A stretch of 61,576 nucleotides of DNA, taken from IMG/VR virus record IMGVR_UViG_3300025289_000029, positions 1 to 61,576 of that record; one strand, 5' to 3'. The translations under genes and the position numbers were made by a program. Numbering within the stretch: position 1 is the stretch's first letter; each line of letters starts with the position of its first letter. Below are positions 1 to 9,688 of this stretch, one piece after another. The notes under the pieces were generated by a model that was not told the DNA's origin, ran no database searches, and saw only the letters and a program-made list of their open reading frames with translations. This DNA comes from a virus (lineage: Duplodnaviria; Caudoviricetes).

Positions 1-2
1 TG

Positions 3-119
3 CTCAATCGGGATGCCTACTCAATCTATCAGGCCGCGCTCGACGCCCAGGAGATCGTCGTGGAGGAGAAGACGAGCGCCCCGACCAGAGCCGCGAAGCG
101 AAGGGCGAAGAAGGCGTAA
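3..119 (+). CDS. 3' end of a hypothetical protein (partial at window edge)
   Basis: Open frame LNRDAYSIYQAALDAQEIVVEEK...KKA* whose TAA overlaps the ATG at 119. Confidence 0.5.
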   Translation, partial: LNRDAYSIYQAALDAQEIVVEEKTSAPTRAAKRRAKKA

Positions 120-547
120 TGAAAAGGCTCGTCGCTTCTGCTGCTGCCACCTTGATAATGTTCGGCTTCGTGCTGTTCAGGTTCGCGGACGGCGGCGGCG
201 GCTCACCATGCCCCGACGACCCCCTGCGCGGCGTCTGGGGGCCGCAGCGACTAGAGGTGTTGGGTGAGTGCGTCAGCGTGTCCGGCATCGCCCACAGCAT
301 CAAGGAAGGCGGCGACATTGAGGCCGACCAATCGGCGGACGGGGACGTGACGTTCAACCTGACCGTGGACGACGAGCACCGGGAGAAGTTCGGGCCGGTG
401 CTGCACGTCGAGATAGTCCCCGTAGATCAAGCGCGAGTCCACGCGCCGGAAGAGGGCGAGCATGTGTGCATTGTAGGCACGTGGGCCTGGGACAAGACGC
501 ACGGGATCGCGGAGATACACCCCGCGTTCTCTGTAGAAGCGTGTTAG
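119..547 (+). CDS. Hypothetical exported/membrane-anchored protein, possibly OB-fold-like
   Basis: N-terminal hydrophobic segment; DGD-x-TFNL, LHVEIVP, GTWAWDKTHGIAEIHP. Confidence 0.6.
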   Translation: MKRLVASAAATLIMFGFVLFRFADGGGGSPCPDDPLRGVWGPQRLEVLGECVSVSGIAHSIKEGGDIEADQSADGDVTFNLTVDDEHREKFGPVLHVEIVPVDQARVHAPEEGEHVCIVGTWAWDKTHGIAEIHPAFSVEAC

Positions 548-548
548 G

Positions 549-806
549 ATGTTAAATATGGTGGGAACGCTGGCGATGACGGCCCTCTGGGTGAGCATAA
601 TATCAGCCTGGCTCTCCTATCGGCGGCTGACTCCAATCCCCGTACAAGGGATCGTTGAGACGCTGTTGACAATGATGGGTCTCATCGTCGTTCTACGTTA
701 CCTGCGCCCTCCGTTCCTCGCTCTGCTTGTGCTCGAAGATGCGCAGGTTATCAACAGCGTCGCTGCTATGGGTCTACTGGTTGTATTCTGGCTCAGGTGG
801 CGATAG
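549..806 (+). CDS. Small membrane protein (about 3 TM)
   Basis: Three hydrophobic stretches; tightly packed in operon. Confidence 0.55.
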   Translation: MLNMVGTLAMTALWVSIISAWLSYRRLTPIPVQGIVETLLTMMGLIVVLRYLRPPFLALLVLEDAQVINSVAAMGLLVVFWLRWR

Positions 807-1139
807 ATGGCACTACCGGAGGGAGCAGTTCTAGGTGGGGTCGCAGGCTTGGTCGTTGCGAGCGTCCCTACTCTCTTGCAATGGCTGTCACAGCGAGGCA
901 AGACGAGAGTAGATATCGCCCAAACGTATCAGGACGTGGCGCAGGAGGCGCTTGTTGAGGCACAGGCGGCGCGGGCAGAGGCAACGAGCCTGCGTCTTCA
1001 GCTTCGCACCCACGAGCGGCGCTGGGCGCTGGCCGTGCCGATTCTAGAGCAGGCTGCCGATAAAGACCCAGACCTACGCCAGAAGATAGGTGAACTCAAG
1101 CTGTTAAACGGTCTGGCAAAGATAGATGGGGCAACCTAG
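807..1139 (+). CDS. Membrane-anchored coiled-coil protein (holin/lysis-accessory-like)
   Basis: One N-terminal TM followed by a coiled coil. Confidence 0.5.
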   Translation: MALPEGAVLGGVAGLVVASVPTLLQWLSQRGKTRVDIAQTYQDVAQEALVEAQAARAEATSLRLQLRTHERRWALAVPILEQAADKDPDLRQKIGELKLLNGLAKIDGAT

Positions 1140-1432
1140 TGGCACGTCCATTTAGAGTTCGCGGCCTCGACCGACAATCACGGCTCAAAGGAGGCAACAC
1201 CCTTCGCGGTCGTCTGGGTGTTATCATCGAAGCCACCCTTAGACTGTTCTCACCTGTTAGTAACCTCCAGAGTCTGTTCTCACCCATTAGTAACCTCCAG
1301 CTTGACAGTGCTCCCAGTGCTAACATTGGTTTAACGAAAACATCTGCTATACTAAATACGGCAACCACGAGTACGACTGTGTACCAAACACCTGTCGTGC
1401 TCGACTTATCGCTGAAAAATGAGGAGGTCTGA
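1139..1432 (+). CDS. Hypothetical protein with internal 10-aa repeat
   Basis: Coupled to both neighbours; LFSPVSNLQS/LFSPISNLQL. Confidence 0.5.
   Translation: MARPFRVRGLDRQSRLKGGNTLRGRLGVIIEATLRLFSPVSNLQSLFSPISNLQLDSAPSANIGLTKTSAILNTATTSTTVYQTPVVLDLSLKNEEV
1244..1300 (+). repeat. 30-bp-period tandem repeat, 2 near-identical copies
   Basis: ctgttctcacc(tg/ca)ttagtaacctccag at 1244 and 1274. Confidence 0.85.
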
Positions 1433-1755
1433 TGTCGTTTGGGCCGTTCTTCGCTGGAGAAGTTTACACTCTTACACTTACCATCAAAGACAAAGATACT
1501 GGCGCTGCTGTTAATCTCACCGGACAGGCCGTAAAGGTTCTCCTACGTAAACGCGGTGCGACAACTAATCGGCACGCAGACCCCGATGACGATGCAGTCA
1601 TCAGTGACGGCGTGAACGGGATTATCACCTATCTGCTTCCCTCCGCTTGGCTGGCTGCTGAGGTTGCCGCTTGGACTCTCCAAGTACAAATGACCGTCGG
1701 TGGCACGGTGCGGAAAACGGAGAAGATCAGTTTTGCTGTGGAGAGTGCTCTCTGA
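1432..1755 (+). CDS. BppU-like Ig-fold virion protein
   Basis: LTLTIKD..GAAVNLTG..V...NGIITY...W.LQVQ pattern typical of BppU N-terminal domains. Confidence 0.55.
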   Translation: MSFGPFFAGEVYTLTLTIKDKDTGAAVNLTGQAVKVLLRKRGATTNRHADPDDDAVISDGVNGIITYLLPSAWLAAEVAAWTLQVQMTVGGTVRKTEKISFAVESAL

Positions 1756-4235
1756 TGTCTGAGCTGCGCTTCCATTTCCTGTCAACCGGACAACAGCCTT
1801 CGATGCTTGTTGAGCACCCTAATAAGACCATTCTGTTTGACATTCCTACTGATTTGCCTGTCGAGCCCGATGTCCTTTTTCTCACTCAACGTAGTGAAGA
1901 GATCATCAAGAAGGCTCAAGAGTTCGCTGAGGTGTTTAACATCCCCGTCATGGGCGCAGGCAAACTGTCCACAGAAGGCTTCGAGATTGAGCCGTTTCAG
2001 GTGGCAAAGAAGGCCCATAATGAGTATGAGAAAGCCTACGGCTACATGATAAAGAGCTGTGGCATCAACGTCGGCTACGTCCCCTTTGCCACTGACTTTC
2101 CACGTGAGCTTTTAGGTGCTGATGTTGTCATCATGTCCGGTGACAACTCTAACCACACTGTTGCGATGGCTAAGAGCGCAGGTATCTCCCGAATCTACCT
2201 GATAGGACTGACTGACGAGATGCGTAAGTCTTCCTTCCCCACGGGTGTCACCAAGCTCTCTGATGGTCAGGTTCTCTCGTTGGTTGAGAAGACACATCAG
2301 GTACATAAGGAATCTGTTAATTACCGTGAGCCGCAGGGTGAAGAAGAAGGTGACTGTGGTTCCTGTCGGTTTTTTGTTCCCTCTTCGACTGTTTCTGAAG
2401 CAGCGTTCTCCAAGACTAATACCACACTGGCGGCGATTGCCGAAGCTCGGATACATCGAGCGTATACCGAAGCGATGGACGATCTTCGTGAGATGGGACA
2501 CCTAAGTAGAGATGAACGCATTGGATTATCAAAGGCGATAACAGACGCACTTGAAGCGTTTACTGCAAGGATCGCTGAGATGGGTTTGGACAGTCGAGTT
2601 GTGCCAGCAGAAGACGTTGCTGTGATGTCTAAGTCTGTCGATGTCAAACCCAACGAGATACGTGTCAGAGTCCGCCCCGTTGATGATTTCCAAGCTGACT
2701 CTTTCCGAACGATTAGTATCAGCGCGTCAAAAGGTATCCGTGCTGTAATTGGTCGTCCTAGAGGCCAAGAGACGACCCGTGTTCAATCCTACAGGTTCGA
2801 CAAGGGTAAGTGGGACTCCACTTCTGCTGCCGCTTGGGTACGAAGTAAGGGTGAGACGCCGAAATCGGCTATAGGTACTTGTAAATTGGTTATAGGTGAT
2901 ATTGATTCAGAGTATACCTGTGACCTGTTCGAGCCACGAACACTTGCGCCTTTCTCTAAATCTACACAGCAGGCGTTTGGTAGTCCAGGTGGTAAGCGAG
3001 CTATTGCTAAGAAGATTGCGGCGATGATTCCGCAACACTCTACCTTTGTCGAATGCTACGCAGGCGGTGCCGCTGTCTTCTTCGCCAAAGACCCCAGTGA
3101 GCGTGAGGTCTTGAACGATCTGGACGTTGATATCGCTCAGACGTATAAAGACCTACAGACTGTTGATGATGGTGAAGTCCGTAAGATACAACGGATGGAC
3201 TGGACTATCAGCAAAGACCGCTTCAACCAATTGAAGAAGAGTACAGCAGCAGGTAGGACAGGCCGTTTATACCGCTTCCTGTATATGCGAGGCTCTGCTT
3301 ACGGCAACTACACGCAGCCTTCAGCCAGTCACGAGGGCAAGGTGATGAAAGTTGCGTCTCGGCTACCTCAGATACGAGATCGGCTGAAGGGTGTTGTCAT
3401 CGCCAACCGAGACGCAGTTGACATCATTCAGAAGTTCGATGGCCCAGAGACGTTTTTCTACCTCGACCCACCGTACCCGACGGAGTGGAAATGGGATGAA
3501 GGTGGTCATGGCGGTCGCGCCTCAAGCGATGAGTGGGGAGGCAAAGACCTCCACAGACTTCTTGAGGTTCTGAAGACCATCAAAGGCAAGTTTATCCTAT
3601 CACTGGAAGGTGAAATAGCTAAGGTTATTCCAAAGGACTTCCAGGTTACAAAGATAGCCGTTCCCCGACAGATGGCATTAGGCCCAACTGGAAAATTGCG
3701 AGATGATCCTGAGATTTTGGTCTCCAACTTCGACCTTAATCATGTTGAAAAGAGCCAACCAGACTCTGCTGATATACACGTTGACAAGTTGCTCAGTGAA
3801 GAGAACGTTGTTGACGACGATGAGCGGCTTTTCGTCATGGCCAAAAGCGAAGACCAACATCTCGTCTGGTCAGTAAATATGATCCCGAACACCGTTGACG
3901 GTGAGGGCCACTGGCAGACGCCTGAGACGATTATGAAAGTCGCCCACAACTTCTTGCTCAAGGATGTTCCGATTTGGTCTGAGCATCAGAAGGCCATCCC
4001 AGGTGTCTTTCCTGTGCAGTCTTACGTTTTGCCCTACGACTGGGACTTTGTTGACCACCAGGGCAATCAGCGTTCTCTCCCTGAGGGCACATGGGTAACA
4101 GTTTTGTGGGTTCAAAATGATAAAGTGTGGAAGAAGATAAAAAGTGGTGAATATGTAGGAACCAGCGTTAGAGGTTTCGCTCGAAAGAAGGTTGGACGAC
4201 CTCCTCCTGGCGAGCGTAAGGAAGTTGGCCAATAG
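1755..4235 (+). CDS. Multidomain prohead protease: degenerate MBL fold + split HiPIP-like motif + D12/Dam-class adenine MTase + XkdF-like serine protease
   Basis: ATG 1755 coupled to upstream TGA; GSPGGK...FVECYAGGAAVFF...LNDLD...FFYLDPPY; C-terminal VWSVNMIPNTVDGEG...AHNFL...GTW...WKKIKSGEYVGTSVRG. Confidence 0.8.
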   Translation: MSELRFHFLSTGQQPSMLVEHPNKTILFDIPTDLPVEPDVLFLTQRSEEIIKKAQEFAEVFNIPVMGAGKLSTEGFEIEPFQVAKKAHNEYEKAYGYMIKSCGINVGYVPFATDFPRELLGADVVIMSGDNSNHTVAMAKSAGISRIYLIGLTDEMRKSSFPTGVTKLSDGQVLSLVEKTHQVHKESVNYREPQGEEEGDCGSCRFFVPSSTVSEAAFSKTNTTLAAIAEARIHRAYTEAMDDLREMGHLSRDERIGLSKAITDALEAFTARIAEMGLDSRVVPAEDVAVMSKSVDVKPNEIRVRVRPVDDFQADSFRTISISASKGIRAVIGRPRGQETTRVQSYRFDKGKWDSTSAAAWVRSKGETPKSAIGTCKLVIGDIDSEYTCDLFEPRTLAPFSKSTQQAFGSPGGKRAIAKKIAAMIPQHSTFVECYAGGAAVFFAKDPSEREVLNDLDVDIAQTYKDLQTVDDGEVRKIQRMDWTISKDRFNQLKKSTAAGRTGRLYRFLYMRGSAYGNYTQPSASHEGKVMKVASRLPQIRDRLKGVVIANRDAVDIIQKFDGPETFFYLDPPYPTEWKWDEGGHGGRASSDEWGGKDLHRLLEVLKTIKGKFILSLEGEIAKVIPKDFQVTKIAVPRQMALGPTGKLRDDPEILVSNFDLNHVEKSQPDSADIHVDKLLSEENVVDDDERLFVMAKSEDQHLVWSVNMIPNTVDGEGHWQTPETIMKVAHNFLLKDVPIWSEHQKAIPGVFPVQSYVLPYDWDFVDHQGNQRSLPEGTWVTVLWVQNDKVWKKIKSGEYVGTSVRGFARKKVGRPPPGERKEVGQ

Positions 4236-4285
4236 GTCTTGACAACATCAGAAAATTGTGTGTCACTTGAATCGCGGGTGCAGGT

Positions 4286-5452
4286 TTGATGGATGTTGAG
4301 CTTCAGGACATTGACGAGATTGAGCTGTCTCTTACTGTCGCTCCTGCTATAAAAGAAAAGTTCATCATGGTCAAAAAGGAGTTTGAGGAGGCTGAGTGGA
4401 CGGCGGCGTTCATCAATGACCTACCAGATAGCTCGTTCGCCTATATCGAGCCAGGTGGAACAAAAGATGGAGAAGGAAAAACAACCCCAAGAAGTCTCAG
4501 ACACCTTCCCTATAAGGACGGAAGTGGTAAAGTAGATGCGCCACATGTTCGGAACGCGCTATCAAGGCTACCGCAGACGAACATCTCTGCGGCTGCCAAG
4601 GAAACAGCAAGGAGGAAACTAATGGCTGCTGCAAGTGCTGCTGGCGTCAAGGCAGCTTCCGAAGAGGAGCTAAAGGCTGAGTTCGAGAAGCTGGATGAGG
4701 ACGCACGCTACGCGATGTTCCTGAAGGCAAAGGATGCCGAGGCCAAGGCTCAACACATGATGGACGATGAGAATTTGGATGAGGAGGGTAAGCCGAAGAA
4801 AAAGGCTCCCCCAGAGTTCAACTTCGACAAGGCCGACGAGCCTACCAAAACTGCTCTTCGCGCAATCGGTGAGGCGTTGACCAACATCGCCGGAGTGCCT
4901 GAGCCGGTGGCTGAGTTCGCCAAATCCATCAAGACCAAACTGCCTTCCGGTCAGAAGTCCGGCGACGAGCTGGTCGCGTTTGCCAAGAGCGCCTTCCCAG
5001 GTCTGGTGGAGGCCATCCAACAGCCACTACAGGAGCGACTCTCTGTGGTCGAGAAGACTGCCGAGGAGCTTCAGGGCGAGAAGGAGCTGGCAGAGATGCG
5101 AGCCCTTGCCGCCGACCTTCCTGGTGATGTCGAAATCGTCGCCAAGCGGCTTGTCGGCTTCAAGAAGAGCATGACGCCGGAGGACTTCGAGGCTTATATT
5201 ACAGAGCAGAAGGGTCTGAAGGAGCAGGTGTCCAAGAGCGAGCTGTTCGGTCGCGTCTCATCCGGTCAGCCTGGGGCGGGCTCTGCTGAGGCCATCGTGA
5301 TGAGCAAGGCTCAGGCTATCGTCGCCAAGAGTGAGTTCGGTATCAAGGACATGGCTGCGGCCATTGAGCACGTCGGCAAGAGCGATCCTATTCTCTGGGG
5401 TCAGTACCAAGAGGAAGTTCGCAATCGGCCCTCCAGTTTGCGGGCCGCGTAA
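4286..5452 (+). CDS. Capsid scaffolding-like protein with inserted NDLPDSSFAYI...RHLPY domain
   Basis: Lies between protease and capsid genes; charged, helical composition. Confidence 0.65.
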   Translation: MMDVELQDIDEIELSLTVAPAIKEKFIMVKKEFEEAEWTAAFINDLPDSSFAYIEPGGTKDGEGKTTPRSLRHLPYKDGSGKVDAPHVRNALSRLPQTNISAAAKETARRKLMAAASAAGVKAASEEELKAEFEKLDEDARYAMFLKAKDAEAKAQHMMDDENLDEEGKPKKKAPPEFNFDKADEPTKTALRAIGEALTNIAGVPEPVAEFAKSIKTKLPSGQKSGDELVAFAKSAFPGLVEAIQQPLQERLSVVEKTAEELQGEKELAEMRALAADLPGDVEIVAKRLVGFKKSMTPEDFEAYITEQKGLKEQVSKSELFGRVSSGQPGAGSAEAIVMSKAQAIVAKSEFGIKDMAAAIEHVGKSDPILWGQYQEEVRNRPSSLRAA

Positions 5453-5476
5453 CTGAGTTGAACAAGGAGGAATAAA

Positions 5477-5866
5477 ATGGCTGGAGCAGTGTCTTTTTCG
5501 GGGGATGGGTTTAGCGCCAAGGCCGCTGGCGATCTGTCTGCACTTCAGTTTCGATTTATGAAGATGTCAGCCGCCAATACAGTTGACAAGGCTACCGCTG
5601 CCACCGATACGCTTATAGGCGTCCTTCAGAACAAGCCGAATGCGGCAGGTAAGGCCGCAAGTGTCAAGGTTATAGGCGGCTCGAAGCTTCAGGTGGATGC
5701 GACCACTGATATCGCCGCTGGTGACAAGCTAACTTCGGATGCCAACGGTAAGGGTATCAAGACGACCACGGATACTCACCATGTAGGTGCAATCGCTCTT
5801 GAGGCTGCAACCAACGACGGCGAGATCATCTCTGTTATGCTTGTCAACTACAAGTTCGCAGGATAG
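5477..5866 (+). CDS. Capsid decoration/cement protein (DUF2190-like)
   Basis: IGVLQNKP...AGDKLTSDANGK...GAIALEAA; strong RBS; directly upstream of MCP. Confidence 0.75.
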   Translation: MAGAVSFSGDGFSAKAAGDLSALQFRFMKMSAANTVDKATAATDTLIGVLQNKPNAAGKAASVKVIGGSKLQVDATTDIAAGDKLTSDANGKGIKTTTDTHHVGAIALEAATNDGEIISVMLVNYKFAG

Positions 5867-5893
5867 TGGAAACGGTTATAGGAGGTATCTGAT

Positions 5894-6847
5894 ATGCCTG
5901 GGTTTCAGCCGGACATCGTTGATGTCCATGTAGACAAACTCCTGACACAGATTTCAATCGGTTACACCAACCCCGATTACGTTGCGGCTCAGGTGGCTCC
6001 GATTGTCATCGTGGAGAAGGAGTCCGATATCATTCCTCAGTACGTTCAGGATTTCTGGTTCCGCGATGTAGCACGCCCTATCGCCCCTGGTGAGAAGGCA
6101 CCTCGGTCTGGCTTCACCACCCTCAACACTCTGAAGTACGCAGTGATCGAGCACGCTATCGCCAAGGAAATCCCTGACCGTCTGCGACAGAACACAGACG
6201 CGCCCTACGATTTGGACGCGGATGGAGCCAAGTGGGTCGCGGAGATGATTCAGCTTCGTCAGGAAGTTGACTTTGCGATCAACAAGTTCAAGGCTGGCGT
6301 GTGGGCCACTGACCGCGTTGGCACAACCGACTTTACCAAGTGGAGCGACTACGGTCTCTCCGACCCCATCGTTGATCTTCGCAAAGACCGCCGAACGGTT
6401 AGGACGAAGATCGGCAGGGCGGCTAACACCCTACTTCTTGGTGAGTTCGTCATGGATGTTCTGATCGACCACCCGTTGCTGGTGGAGCGTGTTAAGTACC
6501 AAGGCAACGACGTTTCCGAAGACCTGCTGAAGCGGCTGCTTCGGCTGGACAAGGTTATCGTCGCTGCGTCCATGCAGGCGACCAACCTTGAGGGCGCAAC
6601 GCTGGCGCTGGCCGATCTGTTCGATGACGACGCTCTTCTTCTCTACCTGCCGAAGTCCATTGGACGGTTCCAGCCTTCAGCTATCTACACTTTCGTTCAG
6701 CGTCCCTTCACAGGCGGCGACCGCATGGTCACACGCCGAATCAGGGATGATGAGCGCATGGTGGACATCATCGAGGGCCGGACGGCATACGACCAGAAGG
6801 TTATCGACAACCGCGCTGGTGTGTTCTTTTCAGACGCTGTAGATTAG
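5894..6847 (+). CDS. Major capsid protein (lambda gpE-like)
   Basis: VDKLLTQISIGYTN, WSDY..SDPI.D, ANTLLLG; size and position. Confidence 0.85.
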   Translation: MPGFQPDIVDVHVDKLLTQISIGYTNPDYVAAQVAPIVIVEKESDIIPQYVQDFWFRDVARPIAPGEKAPRSGFTTLNTLKYAVIEHAIAKEIPDRLRQNTDAPYDLDADGAKWVAEMIQLRQEVDFAINKFKAGVWATDRVGTTDFTKWSDYGLSDPIVDLRKDRRTVRTKIGRAANTLLLGEFVMDVLIDHPLLVERVKYQGNDVSEDLLKRLLRLDKVIVAASMQATNLEGATLALADLFDDDALLLYLPKSIGRFQPSAIYTFVQRPFTGGDRMVTRRIRDDERMVDIIEGRTAYDQKVIDNRAGVFFSDAVD

Positions 6848-6869
6848 TGGACGATTGGAGTCGTAACAG

Positions 6870-7163
6870 ATGACTACAGCAACTGAGACGCGCAAAGCTG
6901 GCCCTGGTTTGTACTGCTGGCAGCAGATGAACCGCACCTACGGCGGCAAGCCTATCCACAAGGGACAGGTGATCGCCCTTCGGGGTCTCCCGCTCGACGA
7001 GAAACTGAAGAGTCTTGGGTATTTCGAGAAGGTCAAGAAGGACACTCCCCTTGACCAGTGTCTGAGGTGTGGGGCTGAGTTCATCGGCCCCGAATACCTT
7101 GCACGCCATGAAGAGGCGTGCCCAGAGGCTGAGATCGAGATACCTGGGTTGGAGGTTAACTAA
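6870..7163 (+). CDS. Small protein with C2H2-like zinc finger
   Basis: CLRCGAEF....LARHEEAC. Confidence 0.65.
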   Translation: MTTATETRKAGPGLYCWQQMNRTYGGKPIHKGQVIALRGLPLDEKLKSLGYFEKVKKDTPLDQCLRCGAEFIGPEYLARHEEACPEAEIEIPGLEVN

Positions 7164-7666
7164 TGGCCACCAAGGGTGTAGCAGGACGGACACAGGGGCT
7201 CAAGGCGTTCAAAGACCTGTTGGTTGATGGCAAGTCACCAGTCGTTGTCCAAGAGGTCTTGTTTACCGAAACCACTGGTGCGGGTGTGTACACAGGCTCG
7301 GTTGACATACCTGCGGGCGCGACGATTCTCAACGTTCGCGTTCGTAACACCGTAGCGTGGACGGCAACTACTTCGGCAACGCTGATCGTTGGTGACAACG
7401 CAGACCCCAACGGCTTCTACGATGCCATCAACCTGAAAGCCACCGACCTTGTTGTTGGCGAAGAGCTTAACTTCGATAATCTAGGCGGTAAGCCAGGTCT
7501 GTATTTGGTTGCCGCCACCGGACATCGTGATGCGTACCGTGCCACCGCTACAAAGGTTACGGGCGAGGTTACTACTGTCGGTGCCGCTGGCAACGCGGGC
7601 CGCACACGCATGATCGTTGAATACTGTCTCCCGACGGCGAGCGTTAAGAACGCTACCAAGGTGTAG
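7163..7666 (+). CDS. Virion structural protein
   Basis: IPAGATILNVRV...ATLIVGD; beta-rich; in head-neck block. Confidence 0.6.
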   Translation: MATKGVAGRTQGLKAFKDLLVDGKSPVVVQEVLFTETTGAGVYTGSVDIPAGATILNVRVRNTVAWTATTSATLIVGDNADPNGFYDAINLKATDLVVGEELNFDNLGGKPGLYLVAATGHRDAYRATATKVTGEVTTVGAAGNAGRTRMIVEYCLPTASVKNATKV

Positions 7667-7675
7667 GAGGACTAG

Positions 7676-8119
7676 TTGGTTGTAGCAGTTGCTCCTCCCA
7701 ACATCGTTCAACAGACCGACGAGGCGCTGAACGACTCTGACAAGACTTTTACTGTCCCAGTGGGACAAGTCTGGGCGCTGAGTTTTCTCATCGTCAACTT
7801 TGTGACTACTGCCACACCAGGCAACCGTCAAATGCGGGTTGAGTTGGGCGATGGGACTCGTGTTATCTGGTTCAAAGACTTCGGTGCTGTTCAGGCTGCC
7901 TCTCTGACTCGGAACTACTACGCCTCTGCCGAGATGCCCAACGATGCGGCCTTCGATGCCGCCGGTCGCATTAGAATTGAACTAGAAGAGCATGTTCTTC
8001 CTGCTGGGTACACAGTCAGGGTGTTCGATTCAGCGGCGATAGATGCCGCCGCTGACGACATGAAAGTCTATCTGATCGTGAACGCGCGACGTAAGCCAGC
8101 GCCTTCACCTGCTGTATAG
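7676..8119 (+). CDS. Virion structural protein
   Basis: FTVPVGQVW...LPAGYTVRV; RBS aggagg. Confidence 0.55.
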   Translation: MVVAVAPPNIVQQTDEALNDSDKTFTVPVGQVWALSFLIVNFVTTATPGNRQMRVELGDGTRVIWFKDFGAVQAASLTRNYYASAEMPNDAAFDAAGRIRIELEEHVLPAGYTVRVFDSAAIDAAADDMKVYLIVNARRKPAPSPAV

Positions 8120-8130
8120 GATGTAATGGT

Positions 8131-8691
8131 GTGGCTCTTGAAGAGAACACAGGCGACGTTGAGCGGTGGGTCACAGGCTACATCCAGCATCTTACCTCAG
8201 CCGACTCAGGCGACTTCAAGTCTTTCACATCCCCCAGTGCAGAAGACGTAGAAGAAGCTATCGACACCGCTGAGGCCGAGATTGTATCTTGGCTTGCTGA
8301 AGCGGGTTACTCTACAGACACCACGACCTACTCTTCCTTAGCCAAACGCTACCTGTCTTGGTACAACGGTGTTGGTGCAGCTTACCGCCTTGAGATGTTC
8401 CATCCTGGTTTGCAATTCAGCAACGCTAACAACACCCGCTTTGACCGCCTCCACGATATCCTGATGGAGCTGAAGAACCGCATCGACGCGGGCGCGATTA
8501 CAGGTCTAGGTATTCCAATTGTTACTGATGCCAGTCTTCGCGCTCGTTTTACCGCTGTAACACACTCTGAAAAGGAACCGCTGGAGACTGACACTGATAA
8601 AGTCCAGCCCTTCTTCCGCAGACGCACCATGCGTCACCCACAGGTTGCGGATAGCATAGGGGCACCACGAGACCCATCAGCAAGAACATGA
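8131..8691 (+). CDS. Head-tail adaptor (putative)
   Basis: Position; helical PSAEDVEEAIDTAEAEI..L...GY motif. Confidence 0.55.
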   Translation: MALEENTGDVERWVTGYIQHLTSADSGDFKSFTSPSAEDVEEAIDTAEAEIVSWLAEAGYSTDTTTYSSLAKRYLSWYNGVGAAYRLEMFHPGLQFSNANNTRFDRLHDILMELKNRIDAGAITGLGIPIVTDASLRARFTAVTHSEKEPLETDTDKVQPFFRRRTMRHPQVADSIGAPRDPSART

Positions 8692-9143
8692 GCGTTAAGA
8701 GTGTCTTAGTCCAAGTCAAAACTCTGCTTGAGACAAAGACTGAGTTCAAGCAACGGGTGTCTGTCTGGGACTACAGCATCCTTGACCTCGCTATACCTCA
8801 TGCTCTCGTTCTGCGACCAGGGTCGGTTACGCAGGCGATGGAAGCCTACGGTAATCAGTGGTTGAGGCAGGTTAGTGTCATAATTGAGGCATATGCTTTC
8901 TATGAGCCCGCCACATCAACCAATAGCATCAACCGTCTGTTGGATGTCATCGATCTTATTGATACACTACTTATCGAGAATTATCATCTGGGTTTGACAG
9001 TTGACACGGTGCGGTCGGCTCAGATAAGTGGTATCGGTGTGGCAGACATCATCAGCCGCGACACCTCTGGCAACAAGTGGTTCCATGTTACAATAACGCT
9101 GGCTGTGACAGAGCCTGAAGTTGGAAGTGGGAGTGCCCAGTAA
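8688..9143 (+). CDS. Tail terminator/neck protein (putative)
   Basis: Position and size. Confidence 0.5.
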   Translation: MSVKSVLVQVKTLLETKTEFKQRVSVWDYSILDLAIPHALVLRPGSVTQAMEAYGNQWLRQVSVIIEAYAFYEPATSTNSINRLLDVIDLIDTLLIENYHLGLTVDTVRSAQISGIGVADIISRDTSGNKWFHVTITLAVTEPEVGSGSAQ

Positions 9144-9688
9144 TGCCTGACTCGCTGTTGGTTATAACACTTGAGAGCAGAGGTCTTGTGGAGGCAGTTA
9201 CCACGCTGGACAGAATGGATGCCAGTCTTAGGGATATGCACGATCTGAAGGGTCAGTTTGATACACTGCTTGCTGAGCGTCTGGCTCAGCTATCTGAGGC
9301 CACTCCTGTAGACACTGGCGTCATGCAAGGTTCCTGGGACGCCTCCAGTGAAGTAGCTGCTTACGAGTATATGGGTAGGATAACGAACTCGGCCCCGCAC
9401 GCAGCTTTCGTCGCTGAAGGCACGGGAATCTACGGCCCTCCAGCGAAGGGTAGCGGTGAGATGATCGTCGCTAAACAAGGTAAGCCATTTGTGTTTTGGA
9501 GTAAGAAGTTTCAAAAGAAGAGAGTTCTGACTCAACACAAAGGTCAGCCTGCTAACCCCAGGCTCAACGATCTCATACGTGACTCTGAGACGACGCTGCG
9601 AGCAGCGGAACGCAGGTTGCGCGGTGACATTCTGGCGAAGTTCCAAGCTCGGACTACCCCTGGGATTATCGTACAAGGGGGAGAGTAA
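9143..9688 (+). CDS. HK97 gp10-like tail completion protein
   Basis: TPVDTG.M..SW...NSAPHAAFVAEGTG...GQPANP. Confidence 0.75.
   Translation: MPDSLLVITLESRGLVEAVTTLDRMDASLRDMHDLKGQFDTLLAERLAQLSEATPVDTGVMQGSWDASSEVAAYEYMGRITNSAPHAAFVAEGTGIYGPPAKGSGEMIVAKQGKPFVFWSKKFQKKRVLTQHKGQPANPRLNDLIRDSETTLRAAERRLRGDILAKFQARTTPGIIVQGGE

Noticed and set aside
1-119. Direct circular join of window end to window start
   Set aside because: No terminal overlap seen; joining does not put the fibre ORF into the better-supported 3..119 frame, so sequence is probably missing
2380-2873. Intein in the protease polyprotein
   Set aside because: No C-terminal HN-C/S/T or LAGLIDADG motifs recognised
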